From Gammaproteobacteria bacterium (GTDB lineage: Bacteria; Pseudomonadota; Gammaproteobacteria; GCA-2400775), in assembly GCA_015492075.1 (NCBI GenBank), contig WGFU01000031.1, forward strand, positions 2,353 to 66,352: a stretch of DNA of 64,000 bases, written 5' to 3'. The stretch's first letter is position 1. Each line of letters starts with the position of its first letter. The translations under genes were made by a program, and so were the position numbers. The notes under the pieces are model-generated. The model ran no database searches and had not been told where the DNA came from. It saw only the letters and a program-made list of their open reading frames with translations. Positions 62,475 to 64,000 of this stretch are shown here, piece after piece.

Positions 62475-63682
62475 TCGTCTTTGGAATCGCCATTGCGGTA
62501 TTAACTGTCGTGGCGTTATTGGTTTTATTGCCACCCTTGTTGCGTGTTCGTGACAATGAGGATGTGTCGAGACAGGGTCTTAATGTCACGGTTTATCGTG
62601 ATCAGCTAAAAGAACTCGATGCGGACTTGGCTAATGGGCTGATTAATCAGGCCGAATATGAACAGGCGAAACAGGAGACTGAGGCGAGCCTGCTGCAAGA
62701 TGTATCAGCACCCGACACCAGCGCGCGCAATATGGCGAGCAGTTCGACTGCTGCCATTATTGTCGCATTGGCGCTGCCGTTGTTTGCCGGGTTTCTTTAT
62801 TTTCAGTTAGGGAAACCGCAATCGCTTAATGTAGGTGAGGAAATTTCAGCAACGAGCCTGCAATTCCAAACCCCTGGGCAATTGCAAGAAATTGTTCAAG
62901 ACTTGCAGCGTGCATTGAAGAGCGCTCCCGATGATGGTGAGACATGGACAGTATTAGGCCGCGCCCATTTAATGCTGGGTGAATTTGAACAAGCGGTGCA
63001 GGCTTTTAAACAGGCGGAGCAATACACGACGCCGGATGCACAGTTCTATGCGGATCTGAGCGATGCGACGGCCATGGCCAACAACGGTAATATGCAGGGT
63101 GAACCGGTAAGCCTGTTGCGTAAAGCTATCGAACTGGACCCGAATAATGAAAAAGCCTTGTGGTTATTCGGTACTGCTGCTTTTGAGGCGGGTGATCTGG
63201 AAGCGGCGCTGGTGCCGTGGCGGCGTTTGCATAATTTAATGCCGGCGGGTTCTGAGTCAGCCAACACGATGGCTGACAACATCAAACAGGTTGAGACGAT
63301 GCTGGCTAATGTCAACAACACCCGCTTATCACCTAATCAGGGCCGTATTGACGGCACGATTACACTGGCCGATGAGTTCAAGGAACAGGTCAGCCCGGAT
63401 ACAGTCGTGTTTATCTTTGCCTTGGCAGCTGAAGGGCCGCAAGTGCCTCTCGCTGCAATGCGGGTGACCGTAGCCGAATTGCCGCTGAGCTTTAGTCTCG
63501 ATGACTCGATGGCCATGATACCCGCAATGCGTTTATCAACGGCCAGCGATGTCGTGTTGACTGCGCGCGTATCAAAGTCGGGAGATGCCATTGCTGCCAG
63601 CGGTGATCTGCAAGGTCGTCTCGAAGCGGTCAAGGTAGGGAGCGTTGATAACCAATTGGTTATTGATAGCGTTATCCCCTAA
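62471..63682 (+). CDS. ccmI: c-type cytochrome biogenesis protein CcmI (TPR)
   Basis: Two N-terminal TM segments and then TPR-like repeats. Last gene of the ccm operon, with an ATGA overlap with ccmH. Confidence 0.8.
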   Translation: MIVFGIAIAVLTVVALLVLLPPLLRVRDNEDVSRQGLNVTVYRDQLKELDADLANGLINQAEYEQAKQETEASLLQDVSAPDTSARNMASSSTAAIIVALALPLFAGFLYFQLGKPQSLNVGEEISATSLQFQTPGQLQEIVQDLQRALKSAPDDGETWTVLGRAHLMLGEFEQAVQAFKQAEQYTTPDAQFYADLSDATAMANNGNMQGEPVSLLRKAIELDPNNEKALWLFGTAAFEAGDLEAALVPWRRLHNLMPAGSESANTMADNIKQVETMLANVNNTRLSPNQGRIDGTITLADEFKEQVSPDTVVFIFALAAEGPQVPLAAMRVTVAELPLSFSLDDSMAMIPAMRLSTASDVVLTARVSKSGDAIAASGDLQGRLEAVKVGSVDNQLVIDSVIP

Positions 63683-63747
63683 GGTATAGCAAACGGAAAC
63701 TATGAGTGTTTTACTTTGGCAGGAGTAAAACACAGTAATAGGGCGAG

Positions 63748-64000
63748 ATGAAGCTAAACCAAGCAGGTTTTCTGTTGGTCGGTGTGGTTTGTATCGCGAT
63801 AGCGGTATATTTTTTATTCGGCCTTGGTTTTCTTGACGATCTGGCTTCCTCATCTAAAATGGACACGCCCGCGATAAGCTCTTTTCGCGTCGGTGAGCAC
63901 AATGTTCGCGCCTTGTTGGTCGATGGTGATGACGTTTGGGTCGGTACTTCGGGCGGGCTGGTTCGTTTCCAGCCTAAGACGGGCGAGCATAAAATCTACG
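63748..64000 (+). CDS. 5' part of a membrane-anchored sensor-type protein with beta-propeller (two-component-regulator propeller-like) repeats; truncated by the window end
   Basis: Hand translation gives MKLNQAGFLLVGVVCIAIAVYFLFGL...VRALLVDGDDVWVGTSGGLVRF. It has an N-terminal TM helix and a D-WVGT-GGL-F repeat signature. The frame stays open to the end of the window. Confidence 0.5.
   Translation, partial: MKLNQAGFLLVGVVCIAIAVYFLFGLGFLDDLASSSKMDTPAISSFRVGEHNVRALLVDGDDVWVGTSGGLVRFQPKTGEHKIY

Overview
This window reads as core chromosome from a Gammaproteobacterium, roughly 50% GC by eye, with about 75 tightly packed genes, nearly all on the + strand. I did not find a convincing undescribed multi-gene system, and I see no CRISPR array, transposase, integrase, phage, toxin-antitoxin or defence genes.

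Gene order along the window:
- amt, then miaB-ybeZ(phoH)-ybeY-corC-lnt
- a frameshifted, AT-rich acyltransferase-3 gene
- leuS-lptE-holA, proA-nadD-rsfS-rlmH-maf-rng-yhdP and a Nit-family hydrolase
- mlaFEDCB-ibaG-murA, running straight into hisG-D-B-H-A-F-E and tatABC
- a DegS-like protease (- strand) and a Nif3-family gene
- a complete seven-gene Alternative Complex III cluster (actA-B1-B2-C-D-E-F)
- rpe-gph-trpEGDC, then crp (-) divergent from an OsmC/YhfA-like gene
- a VOC-family gene, speD, coq7 (-) and a 2Fe-2S ferredoxin-like gene
- rplM-rpsI and tRNA-Gln(CUG)
- an SPFH/NfeD pair (- strand)
- the full System I cytochrome c maturation operon ccmABCDEFGHI, including a 57-aa ccmD that is absent from the ORF track
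- the 5' end of a propeller-repeat sensor gene

The items I think deserve a second look are local oddities:
- the frameshifted, AT-rich acyltransferase inserted at the conserved lnt/leuS junction
- an in-frame insertion of about 48-51 nt in hisF that carries a hairpin and CCTCA(A/G)G repeats
- a 500-nt non-coding leader in front of the ACIII cluster, and the split, Tat-plus-lipobox ActB
- inverted and direct partial copies of the tRNA-Gln 3' end immediately downstream of that tRNA
- a 350-nt divergent intergenic region upstream of ccmA

All calls come from reading the translated ORFs and the DNA by eye. No database search was run.
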